In this document: positions 1 to 10,348 of the stretch, piece after piece
Numbering within the stretch: the first letter of the stretch is position 1
How the letters are laid out: every line of letters starts with the position of its first letter
NCBI GenBank assembly: GCA_012961935.1
Contig: DTYI01000244.1
Coordinates: 1-50,276, forward strand
Source of the DNA: Thiotrichales bacterium
GTDB lineage: Bacteria; Pseudomonadota; Gammaproteobacteria; CAZUMV01
Direction: 5' to 3'
Length of the DNA: 50,276 bases
Translations under genes and position numbers: made by a program
The notes under the pieces: generated by a model
Seen by the model: the letters and a program-made list of their open reading frames with translations, nothing else
Told to the model about the DNA's origin: nothing
Databases searched by the model: none

Positions 1-2156
<2,156 letters not shown>

Positions 2157-2224
2157 TGATCCTCCAGTTTAGTCAAAACAACCTGTCGATAAATCTAACT
2201 ATAGAAGCTGTAATTCCAGGTGGA

Positions 2225-2238
2225 TTGATGCGGATCAA
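2225..2238 (-). promoter_or_regulatory. FNR-type box TTGAT-GCGG-ATCAA upstream of nifJ
   Basis: Perfect match to the TTGAT-N4-ATCAA consensus. On the minus strand a TATAGT -10-like hexamer (2198-2203) places the box centre about 41 nt upstream of the implied start site, which is class II geometry. Confidence 0.6.
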
Positions 2239-2497
2239 TAAAAGTTAAGATGTCTTCCAGTTGCCGTGTATTTTAGTCCCGAAACTGCATTGATCGTCTG
2301 GCGAATTCAAAATCAGCATGAACCATTAATCATAAATTCGAGGCCTGCGGGCTTTTTTTTGTGGAAACCCGGTCGTATTTTTATCAAAGTGTACGGTGAT
2401 GAATAATAGGGAGTGATTTCAGAAAGCGACGAAGTCTGGTTCGGCAAAATAAATGAGCAGGTGACTTTCTCGCGTTTCAATAACAATCAGTATTCTC

Positions 2498-4477
2498 ATG
2501 GAAGATAGAAATAATACAATTATTATCGTTTCTATTGGCTTTACGGCTGTCCTGGCGTTAATTGCTGCGCTTGTCCTGTTAACGTTGACGAAGCTTTATT
2601 CGGTCAATGTGGACATGCCCAGGCTTGTTGAAGAAGTTAGTATCAAGACAGGCGCCATACATACCATGCGTGATGCGATCCGCCTTCGCCAGCTTGATAT
2701 CAATAAAGCGCTTCATCTGGATGATATTTTTGCCAGAGATGAAATCAATATGAACCTGCTCCGCTACGCCACACAATATCGGCAGGCTGAACAAGTGCTG
2801 GATGGAATACCAAAAGGACCGCACGAGCAAAAAATTTATGCAGCACTCAAAGACACGACAAAAACGGCTTATTCTTATAATCTCAAGGCCATTGAATTAA
2901 TCATCGCGGGAGACAAAGGGGCATACGTCGAAGAGGTCTTGTCGAAAGCATTATTGCAGCAGGAAAAAGTGTTGGGACTGCTCAATGAGTATGTTGCGCT
3001 TCAGCAGCAGAATGCGGAAGATGCGATTGCAACAAATTACAGAGAGTATAAGAAAACGCGTAACTTGCTGGTAGCGCTTAGTACTATTGTTCTATTGTTA
3101 GCGGGTTTCATTGCCTTTCTGGTTATCAAACGCGCGTCGCGCAGTAATCGTGAAATTGTTCATCAGGCAAGTCACGATGCACTGACAGGTTTGATTAACC
3201 GACGTGAATTTGAACATCGTCTTGCGGATGCCGTCATGCAAGCGAAAACCCAGGATATAGAGCATGCCCTGATCTATCTGGATCTGGATCAGTTTAAAAT
3301 TATTAATGATACCTGTGGCCACATGGCGGGTGATGCTTTATTACAAAGAATTACCGCTGACCTCCAGTCCTATATTCGGCAAAGTGATAGCCTGGCAAGA
3401 TTGGGTGGTGATGAGTTTGCGATTATATTGTTAGATTGCAATCTCGAGGGTGCAGAAGTTATTGCTCAGGGCCTGATTGATGTGGTGAACAATATCCGCT
3501 TCACATGGGAAGAGCATGTTTTCAATGTCAGCGCCAGTGCGGGAGTCGTTCCTATTTCAAAGGATAGTGAGAACAGCGCGGTTGTCATGAGTGCCGCCGA
3601 TGCGGCCTGTTATGAGGCCAAAGATGCGGGGCGAAATGCTGTACGTACCAGTCAAAGTAGTAACCTGGAACCCAGCCAGCAGCAGGGTGATATATGGTGG
3701 GTGTCACGCATTAATCAGGCACTCGAACAAGACCGCTTTGAGCTATATGCCCAGGCAATTATCGCAACAAAAAATGATGAGGATATGTCGGCAGACTATG
3801 AGTTATTGTTACGCATGCGTGATCGGGAAGGAGCCATTGTTTTGCCGGGCGTTTTTATTCCTCCGGCTGAGCGATTTGGCTTGATGGTTAAACTGGATCG
3901 ATGGGTTGTATCGACAGCACTTGACTGGATAAGCGAGCATGGTGACGTACTTGGTGAGGCTTCTTTTTCGATAAATTTATCGGGTTCTTCAATAACCGAC
4001 CAAAGTTTTCAACGGTTTTTATCCGCAGTCATAAAGTCGTCCGATGTTGCGTCGGAGAGGCTACATTTTGAGATTACTGAAACCGCAATGATCGCTAATC
4101 TGGAGCTTGTATCGCAGTTTATTCATAACATGCAACAGATGGGCTGCAAATTTGCGCTGGATGATTTTGGTCGAGGTCTGTCTTCCTTCAGTTACCTTAA
4201 AACACTGCCGGTTGATTATGTGAAAATAGACGGAATGTTTATACGGGATATTGTGGACAACGCGGTTAACTTTGCGTTTGTAAAATCAATCGACGAAATT
4301 GCCAAAGCAATGGGTAAGAAAACCATTGCAGAGTATGTCGAAACCAAAGGCGCCCAAAATAAACTTCGGGATATCGGCGTAGATTATATTCAAGGTTATG
4401 CTATTCATAAGCCTGAACCGATTGATAATCTGTTGCTCAATGCGCCGGCAAGAAAAAAATTGCAGGAACAAAATTAG
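2498..4477 (+). CDS. Membrane-anchored sensor diguanylate cyclase/phosphodiesterase (GGDEF + EAL)
   Basis: 659-aa ORF with two TM segments flanking a helical periplasmic sensor region. It has a GGDEF motif (LARLGGDEFAIIL) with an RxxD I-site (RQSD) at canonical spacing. The EAL domain shows YELLLRMRD, FEITE, ALDDFG and KIDG motifs. Confidence 0.9.
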   Translation: MEDRNNTIIIVSIGFTAVLALIAALVLLTLTKLYSVNVDMPRLVEEVSIKTGAIHTMRDAIRLRQLDINKALHLDDIFARDEINMNLLRYATQYRQAEQVLDGIPKGPHEQKIYAALKDTTKTAYSYNLKAIELIIAGDKGAYVEEVLSKALLQQEKVLGLLNEYVALQQQNAEDAIATNYREYKKTRNLLVALSTIVLLLAGFIAFLVIKRASRSNREIVHQASHDALTGLINRREFEHRLADAVMQAKTQDIEHALIYLDLDQFKIINDTCGHMAGDALLQRITADLQSYIRQSDSLARLGGDEFAIILLDCNLEGAEVIAQGLIDVVNNIRFTWEEHVFNVSASAGVVPISKDSENSAVVMSAADAACYEAKDAGRNAVRTSQSSNLEPSQQQGDIWWVSRINQALEQDRFELYAQAIIATKNDEDMSADYELLLRMRDREGAIVLPGVFIPPAERFGLMVKLDRWVVSTALDWISEHGDVLGEASFSINLSGSSITDQSFQRFLSAVIKSSDVASERLHFEITETAMIANLELVSQFIHNMQQMGCKFALDDFGRGLSSFSYLKTLPVDYVKIDGMFIRDIVDNAVNFAFVKSIDEIAKAMGKKTIAEYVETKGAQNKLRDIGVDYIQGYAIHKPEPIDNLLLNAPARKKLQEQN

Positions 4478-4524
4478 CGTAACAGCTGTACCAGCATTTA
4501 AAGCATCCGGCAGATATACGCCAG

Positions 4525-5667
4525 CTAAAATCTTATTTTAACTTCTTTCTCATGCTCCATGCTTTCTATTGCTTCCTCCAGATCAATTTTCTGGTCGTTC
4601 CCAATTTTTTGTTCAGCCAAAATCTCAAACAGTTCTTTTTGTTCCAGGGTGTAGCTTTCACCAGTTTCTTTCTGGATATAGGCGGCCCAGGGTACAAATT
4701 TGGTGAGCGGAAATATTTGTCCTTCCCGGGGTGAAATGTCTATGTTGATACCGGAGACAAATAGCAGGTTTTTGTTTTGGTAACTGTGCTCCTTTACGAT
4801 GCTGCGGTAGGTTCGGTCGAACTCGATCTGGGTATTGATCTGGGCGGCGAGCAGCATCGGTTCCTTGCTGGTCACGATCCAGGGCATCGGATCAATCAGG
4901 TTGCCTTCCAGATGTGAGAGGCCCTCAATGTCACGTGAAAAGTGACGCTCAAAGTGAAACAGGTCAGCGGTTAGCAAGGAGCCAATCGGTTTTTTGGTCT
5001 CTGGCCATGCGTTGCCTGTGGCGGTGATGAACTCGGCTGAAGCCAGGAATGTTTTGCTCGTGCTTTGAGCGCGAATAAATCTGAAACGGTCATCATTCGC
5101 AACGGCAATCAACTTTTTCAGCGCAAGCATCAGACCTTCATCGCGGTGCGCAGAAAGCAACTGGTTATCCACTGTGATGAGGAAATCATCACCATTACGC
5201 TCGAGAAAAATGTTGTCCTGGGCGTAGTGGTATTCATCCAGATACCATTCGATAGTATGAAATATCTTGCCACAGTTTGCTGTGGCGCACTGGTCTTCTC
5301 TTTGCAGGCGACGGTAGTTGCCGAAGGTTGCATTCTCCGGGTCGTAGCCGACATGACTGGCCTGCACGATCACCATATCCTTGCCGTGGCTGGCATGCGG
5401 CCCATGCCGATCAGTGGCGACGATGCCGCCAACACGGCCATGATTAAAAGGAAAACCACCGAAGTGTTTGGCGAGCAGGATAATCGGATAGCCCTGGCTT
5501 TCGTCAGAACAGAATGCGCGTGATGGGGTGATCTTGCCGGGCTGCATGCCCAGCGAAAGTGCAAAGTTATAAAGCCGCGGTACAAACAGGCTGTAACGCA
5601 TCATCATGCCGTCGAGCTGAAAATTGCCCGGGGTGGTTTGAAGCTGTGAAGAGGCGAATGAATACAT
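4525..5667 (-). CDS. Conserved hypothetical cytoplasmic protein; possible LCIB-like beta-carbonic-anhydrase fold (hypothesis only)
   Basis: 380-aa ORF with no signal peptide or TM segment, lying directly downstream of the DAB-like operon on the same strand. It contains FCSDES (Cys53, Asp55), ASHVGYD (His105) and ANCGK (Cys132). This spacing resembles the Cys-His-Cys Zn site described for LCIB-family proteins. I did not recognise the family outright. Confidence 0.8.
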   Translation of the reverse strand: MYSFASSQLQTTPGNFQLDGMMMRYSLFVPRLYNFALSLGMQPGKITPSRAFCSDESQGYPIILLAKHFGGFPFNHGRVGGIVATDRHGPHASHGKDMVIVQASHVGYDPENATFGNYRRLQREDQCATANCGKIFHTIEWYLDEYHYAQDNIFLERNGDDFLITVDNQLLSAHRDEGLMLALKKLIAVANDDRFRFIRAQSTSKTFLASAEFITATGNAWPETKKPIGSLLTADLFHFERHFSRDIEGLSHLEGNLIDPMPWIVTSKEPMLLAAQINTQIEFDRTYRSIVKEHSYQNKNLLFVSGINIDISPREGQIFPLTKFVPWAAYIQKETGESYTLEQKELFEILAEQKIGNDQKIDLEEAIESMEHEKEVKIRF

Positions 5668-5793
5668 ATAAGCAGTTTATTTAGAATAAAAGCTTATTCT
5701 TTAGGCAAATCCCGGGGATGTCCAGAATTTTACGAAAATCCGGGTTAAGGAGCTTTTGTAGGCAAAGCTTCCGCTCCTGCTCACGCTCCTTAC

Positions 5794-7275
5794 CTACATC
5801 CCTGTAGGCACAATGATTCGCCAGTTACTTTCAGCGCTGGCGATGATGTCGAGGATCGCCTGTGGGTAGAAACCAAATACAAGCACCAGCAGGGAAATCA
5901 GGACCATCATCAATAGCTCTCGATTTTTCAGATCAACTGCGTCAATGACAGCTTCTCTATCAGCCGGGCCTAAAAATGCCCGGCGGTAGGTGTTGAGGAA
6001 ATAAGCCGCGCCCAGCACCATGGCAACAAGCGTGGCAAGCCCCACCCCAATATAAGCTTTAAAGGCGCTGAGGATAATCAGCAGCTCAGCCGGAAAACCG
6101 CTGGTGCCTGGAATGCCCATGCTGGCGAGGCCCAGGAACAGGAAGAAGCTTGTCAACAAAGGCATGCTTTTCGCTACCCCGCCCAGGCTGACGATATCGG
6201 TAGACCCCACACGCTGTTGCAGAAACCCTGTGAGCAGGAAAAGGCCCGAGGCAATCAGCGTAAAATTAAGCAATTGAAAAACAGCGCCCTGTAATCCCTG
6301 CGAGGTGAAGGTCGCCAGTCCAACAACGACCAGCCCAACATGGCTGAGGCTGGCATAGGCCAGCAGTCGCCGCAGGTTTGTTTGACTCAGTGCAGCGACG
6401 GCACCGTAGATTACACCGGCAATACCCAGGCCTGCCAGCAGCCACTGATAACTCAGCGCTGTCTCTGGTAGCAACGGCAGGACAAAACGCAGAATCCCAT
6501 AGGCGCCCAGTTTAAGCCCGACAATCGTGGCGAGTGTTGCCGGATGACCTTCCAGCGCCAGTACAGGCAGCCAGGTATGCATCGGCACCAACGGCGTTTT
6601 GACGCCAAAGCCGATTAGCAGCATGAAAAACACAGCGGTTTGATATCGATTTTCGCCGATGACAGATATGAGTCCCGGGTAGTTAAAAATATAGCTGCCA
6701 TCGGGTTGTATGGCGAGAATGACAAAGGCCAACAATAATGGCAGCCCGCCTGTCATCATGAACAGCACATATTTCGTCCCGGCGTAGCGACGATTGGGCC
6801 CCTGCCCCCAGAGGGTAATCAGGAAATACAGGGGTACCAGCGACAGTTCCCAGAACAGGAAAAACAGCACCGTATCCAGTGAAGTGAATATCCCGATAAC
6901 GACGGCCTGAAACAACAGCAGCAGCGCAAAATATAATTTGCTGAGTGAGTGGATGGCGTTCCAGGAAGCCAGAATGACCAGCAGAAATAGTAGCGATGTG
7001 GCGGGCAGAAAAAGCAAAGAAATACCATCAACGCCGAGCAGATAATGGATATTTAAAGTTGGAATCCAGGGTTTTGATTCGACAAACTGGAAGCCGGAAA
7101 GCTCGCTGTCAAAGCCGATAACGATCAGCAGGGTAACTGCCAGTGCGGTCAATGCTGTAAGCAGTGCAACCCAGCGCGCTTTGCGTGCAGGCGCGAGAGC
7201 CGTCAGACCAGCGCCAGTCAGCAGCAGAAGCATGAGCAAACTTAACCAGGGCAGATTGGATGTGTGCATGTCCAT
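5794..7275 (-). CDS. Complex-I/Mrp antiporter-like subunit (NuoM/NuoN/MrpD class), fifth gene of the DAB-like operon
   Basis: 493 aa and polytopic. Motifs are FLFWELSLVPLYFLI, GFGVKTPLVPMHTWLP, LKLGAYGILRF and RRLLAYASLSHVG. Its start overlaps the upstream stop by 1 nt (TGATG at 7275). Confidence 0.88.
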   Translation of the reverse strand: MDMHTSNLPWLSLLMLLLLTGAGLTALAPARKARWVALLTALTALAVTLLIVIGFDSELSGFQFVESKPWIPTLNIHYLLGVDGISLLFLPATSLLFLLVILASWNAIHSLSKLYFALLLLFQAVVIGIFTSLDTVLFFLFWELSLVPLYFLITLWGQGPNRRYAGTKYVLFMMTGGLPLLLAFVILAIQPDGSYIFNYPGLISVIGENRYQTAVFFMLLIGFGVKTPLVPMHTWLPVLALEGHPATLATIVGLKLGAYGILRFVLPLLPETALSYQWLLAGLGIAGVIYGAVAALSQTNLRRLLAYASLSHVGLVVVGLATFTSQGLQGAVFQLLNFTLIASGLFLLTGFLQQRVGSTDIVSLGGVAKSMPLLTSFFLFLGLASMGIPGTSGFPAELLIILSAFKAYIGVGLATLVAMVLGAAYFLNTYRRAFLGPADREAVIDAVDLKNRELLMMVLISLLVLVFGFYPQAILDIIASAESNWRIIVPTGM

Positions 7276-8777
7276 CAGTGAGCGCGCCCTTCAAAGTGTT
7301 GCGTTAAACCATCCAGTGGTTGTTCCAGCAGATCCAGCCACGGGTCCGAGAAAAAACCGATGCCTAGGATGATTAGAATCATGATGGCTGCCATCAAATT
7401 TTCAGACCATTTTGCTGGCGTCGTGTCCCAGCTTTGCCTGTTTTGTTCTGGCTTACTCAGAAACGCTCGCTGAAAAGCACGCAATAGAAAGGCGGCTGCA
7501 ACAACGTTGCCCAGAGCGGCTGCAATGGTAACCAGCGCGCCAAATTCAACAATCGAAGCTTCAAGTACAAAGTGAACGGCGTCGAATCCTGGCGTGCCCG
7601 GCATGCCGATAATAGCGAGACCAGCTATCAGAAAAGCGATGCCGACCCAGGGAATCGTCTCAAACAGCCCGCCCAGTTTTTGTATCGAAGTTGTTCGGGT
7701 ACGCAGCCAGACCAGTCCGGTCATAAAGATGAGTCCCGAAACCGCCAGGCCAAAATTAATTGACAGCATCAGGCTGCCTTCAAAACCTGCTCGACTCAGG
7801 GTGAACAGACCGATGACGAGAATGCTGGTATGGCTAATGACGGCATAGGCCAGAAGGCGTCGAATGTTATTCTGGCGCATGGCCAGTAAAGCCGCATAAA
7901 AGACACCGGTCACAGCGAATATGACGGCGATTTTATGCCAGTTGGTTACGCTTTCCGGCACGAGCGGGAAAACAAAACGCAACAGACCAAAGACACCAAC
8001 TTTCAGCCCCAGCAGAAAAACCGGCGCGACTGCGATGTTGCCGTGCTGCATGGCGATCGGCAGCCAGCCATGGAATGGAAACACGGGAATGCGTATGCCC
8101 AGACCATAAAAGAGTGAGAAAAAGATCAGCGTTGCGACCGTGGGTTCGATCGGTTTGCCGTCCAGCCGGTAGAGGTCAAAGCTCCAGATGCCGGCGGTAT
8201 TGTCCGCATAATTCCAGCCCAGCATAAACGTGCCGATCAGCAACAGTATGAAGCTCACCGTCATAAACTGTGTGTAGCGTGTGATCATCGGCTGGGCATC
8301 AATAAATGTAGCCCATCGGTACAACAGGTAGCCGACCAACATCATTTCTACACCTGAGGTCAGAACAAACCAGAGCAGATCCAGTGACACGAACTGACTC
8401 ATCAGGCTGGCCTGTATGGCTGCCATCACAGCCATTACGGGTGTGTTGTACAAGCGCCGCAGGATGATAAAGAATACGCCCAGCAAGCCAAATAAAGCAG
8501 TGAGCAGTACAAAGAGGACGGTCATGCCGTCCGCTGCGACATGGTAATTGATAAAGCCTAATAATCTGGAATGTTCAGCAAATTGCATCAGCCTGCTGCT
8601 GGCATCAAAACCATGATAGAGGGTAATTGCCAGTAACATTTCCGTGAGGGCTCCGACAATGGCCACAGCGATTGCCGGCCTCCCGCGAAGACGCCATAAA
8701 ACTGCACTCAGAATTAACGGCAGCAGTTGCAGACTGGTTAGCAGGGGCCAACTGGATTTAATTTCGGCAAATTCCAT
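7275..8777 (-). CDS. Divergent complex-I/Mrp antiporter-like subunit (NuoM/MrpD-like), fourth gene of the operon
   Basis: 500 aa and polytopic. The fold motifs are recognisable but altered: GLGIRIPVFPFHGWLPIAMQHGNIAVAP instead of GF-VK-P..H-WLP-AH-EAP, and SGVEMM instead of FWE. LKVGVFGLLRF and RRLLAYAVISHTS are retained. There is a TAATG overlap at 8777. Confidence 0.85.
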   Translation of the reverse strand: MEFAEIKSSWPLLTSLQLLPLILSAVLWRLRGRPAIAVAIVGALTEMLLAITLYHGFDASSRLMQFAEHSRLLGFINYHVAADGMTVLFVLLTALFGLLGVFFIILRRLYNTPVMAVMAAIQASLMSQFVSLDLLWFVLTSGVEMMLVGYLLYRWATFIDAQPMITRYTQFMTVSFILLLIGTFMLGWNYADNTAGIWSFDLYRLDGKPIEPTVATLIFFSLFYGLGIRIPVFPFHGWLPIAMQHGNIAVAPVFLLGLKVGVFGLLRFVFPLVPESVTNWHKIAVIFAVTGVFYAALLAMRQNNIRRLLAYAVISHTSILVIGLFTLSRAGFEGSLMLSINFGLAVSGLIFMTGLVWLRTRTTSIQKLGGLFETIPWVGIAFLIAGLAIIGMPGTPGFDAVHFVLEASIVEFGALVTIAAALGNVVAAAFLLRAFQRAFLSKPEQNRQSWDTTPAKWSENLMAAIMILIILGIGFFSDPWLDLLEQPLDGLTQHFEGRAH

Positions 8778-10348
8778 TACAACACCACCATGATGGTTGC
8801 CATGATGATGAGCAGTAAATAGCGCGGCTGGGCCAGCAGGTGGTCAATTTTTTCCAGATGACGGCCCAGGTAATTCACCAGTTTCATTAATGCACCACCG
8901 TCGCTCGGCAGGACTAAGCGGTCTTCAAGCCACTGCATTGCTTCGGCCAGCCACTCGAAAATAAACCCGAATAGCCCCCTGCCCTTGCCGACCTCGTTTG
9001 CAACCGTAAAGAGCCCCTGTTTGCTGGCTTCCAGTCGGGACAAGGTCGATAGCATGTTGGCATGTGAGGGGATTCCGATGAGGCGATCCACAACCTGTTC
9101 ATCGAACAACTGTGCTTCATGGGCAAGCGCACGGGTGGGTTTTACCAGCAACCAGTCTGACAGATCATCCAGCCAGAAACGCTGCATGGCAGCGGTATAA
9201 AGCCGGGGGTGTTTGCGTAGCCAGGCAGGCGCAGGTTTTGCCGGTTGTTGAACCTGCTGCATATAAGAAGGCGAGGAAAGAAATTGCCAGCTGCGCCAGA
9301 TCGCGTGCACGACCAGATGCAGCAACGCCAGATCAAACCAGCCCAGCCCGATCCAGACCAGCATCAGACCAACCTGCGTCAGTGTCGCAAACATCAGGGA
9401 TGTTTTGATGTCACTTTGCACCAGCCCGGCAAGCCAGGCGTAGAGGCTGGTCAGCAGTCCAATCATCAGGAGCATTATCATCAGTGCGGGCACCATTGTG
9501 AGCAATGGCTCCATGCGCAGCATCAGGTAAACACCTGCGTGTATCATCAACGCGCCGTAAAAAATGGTGCTGGACGGGGTCGGCCCTTCCAGCGCGCGCG
9601 TGACCCAGGATGAAAAAGGCAACTGTGCAGATTTCGCCAGCGCCGCCAGTAAAAAGCCGCCGATGATCAGGCCAATTTCCAGGGTCGGTATTGCTTTATC
9701 ATTTACGACGGTTGGGATTTCAGACCACTCGACACTGCCCAGCCAGATCAGTGAGAATACCAGCGCCAGCACAAACCCTGCGTCACCAATGCGGTTGGTG
9801 ACAAAGGCGCGCGTTGCATTGGCCGTTGCAGTGTTTCGGTGCCAGGCATAACCAATCAAAAGGTAGGAGCTGACTCCGGCCAGCTCCCAGCCGAAAAATG
9901 TGAATACTGCGCTACCTGCGGTGACGATGAGTAGCATCGCAGCGTTGAACAGGGATAGCACGAGGAAAAACCGCTGGAAGCCAGCTTCTCTGTGCAGATA
10001 GTTCACAGAAAAACGGGTCACCAGCAAACTGATAAAGGCAACCAGTGTCGCCATCACCAACACCAGCCGGTCAAACAGAAAACTCAGGTGAATCTGAATA
10101 CTGCCAATCGTCAGCCAGTCACCGACAATAATCTGCCCGGGAGCGTTGCCGCTCAGCGCGAGCCCGTCCAGAACAAGCAAAAGCAACAATGACAGGCTGA
10201 TGGCACCCAGCGCGACCCAAGCTGTTTCGCGCTCACCCGTCTCGCCCCGATTCCAGCCAAACAGATAGCCGACCGCGATCCATGCCGCTGCGAGTAGTGG
10301 CAGTGTTGGTATGAGCAGCGCAATCCAGGGATGCAGGGATTCAACCAT
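8777..10348 (-). CDS. dabB: NuoL/NdhF-like short antiporter subunit = DabB-type partner of DabA
   Basis: 523 aa. NuoL-type motifs are FFGWELAGVSSYLLIGY, TNRIGDAGF and AKSAQLPFSSWVTRALEGPTPSS..HAGVYLMLR. It lacks the long C-terminal lateral-helix extension of NuoL. It overlaps the dabA stop by 8 nt. Confidence 0.85.
   Translation of the reverse strand: MVESLHPWIALLIPTLPLLAAAWIAVGYLFGWNRGETGERETAWVALGAISLSLLLLLVLDGLALSGNAPGQIIVGDWLTIGSIQIHLSFLFDRLVLVMATLVAFISLLVTRFSVNYLHREAGFQRFFLVLSLFNAAMLLIVTAGSAVFTFFGWELAGVSSYLLIGYAWHRNTATANATRAFVTNRIGDAGFVLALVFSLIWLGSVEWSEIPTVVNDKAIPTLEIGLIIGGFLLAALAKSAQLPFSSWVTRALEGPTPSSTIFYGALMIHAGVYLMLRMEPLLTMVPALMIMLLMIGLLTSLYAWLAGLVQSDIKTSLMFATLTQVGLMLVWIGLGWFDLALLHLVVHAIWRSWQFLSSPSYMQQVQQPAKPAPAWLRKHPRLYTAAMQRFWLDDLSDWLLVKPTRALAHEAQLFDEQVVDRLIGIPSHANMLSTLSRLEASKQGLFTVANEVGKGRGLFGFIFEWLAEAMQWLEDRLVLPSDGGALMKLVNYLGRHLEKIDHLLAQPRYLLLIIMATIMVVL

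Noticed and set aside
2341-2362. GGCCTGCGGGC followed by a T8 run in the nifJ/GGDEF divergent region, resembling a terminator tail
   Set aside because: Only a 3-bp GCC/GGC stem is possible, and no gene reads into it from upstream.
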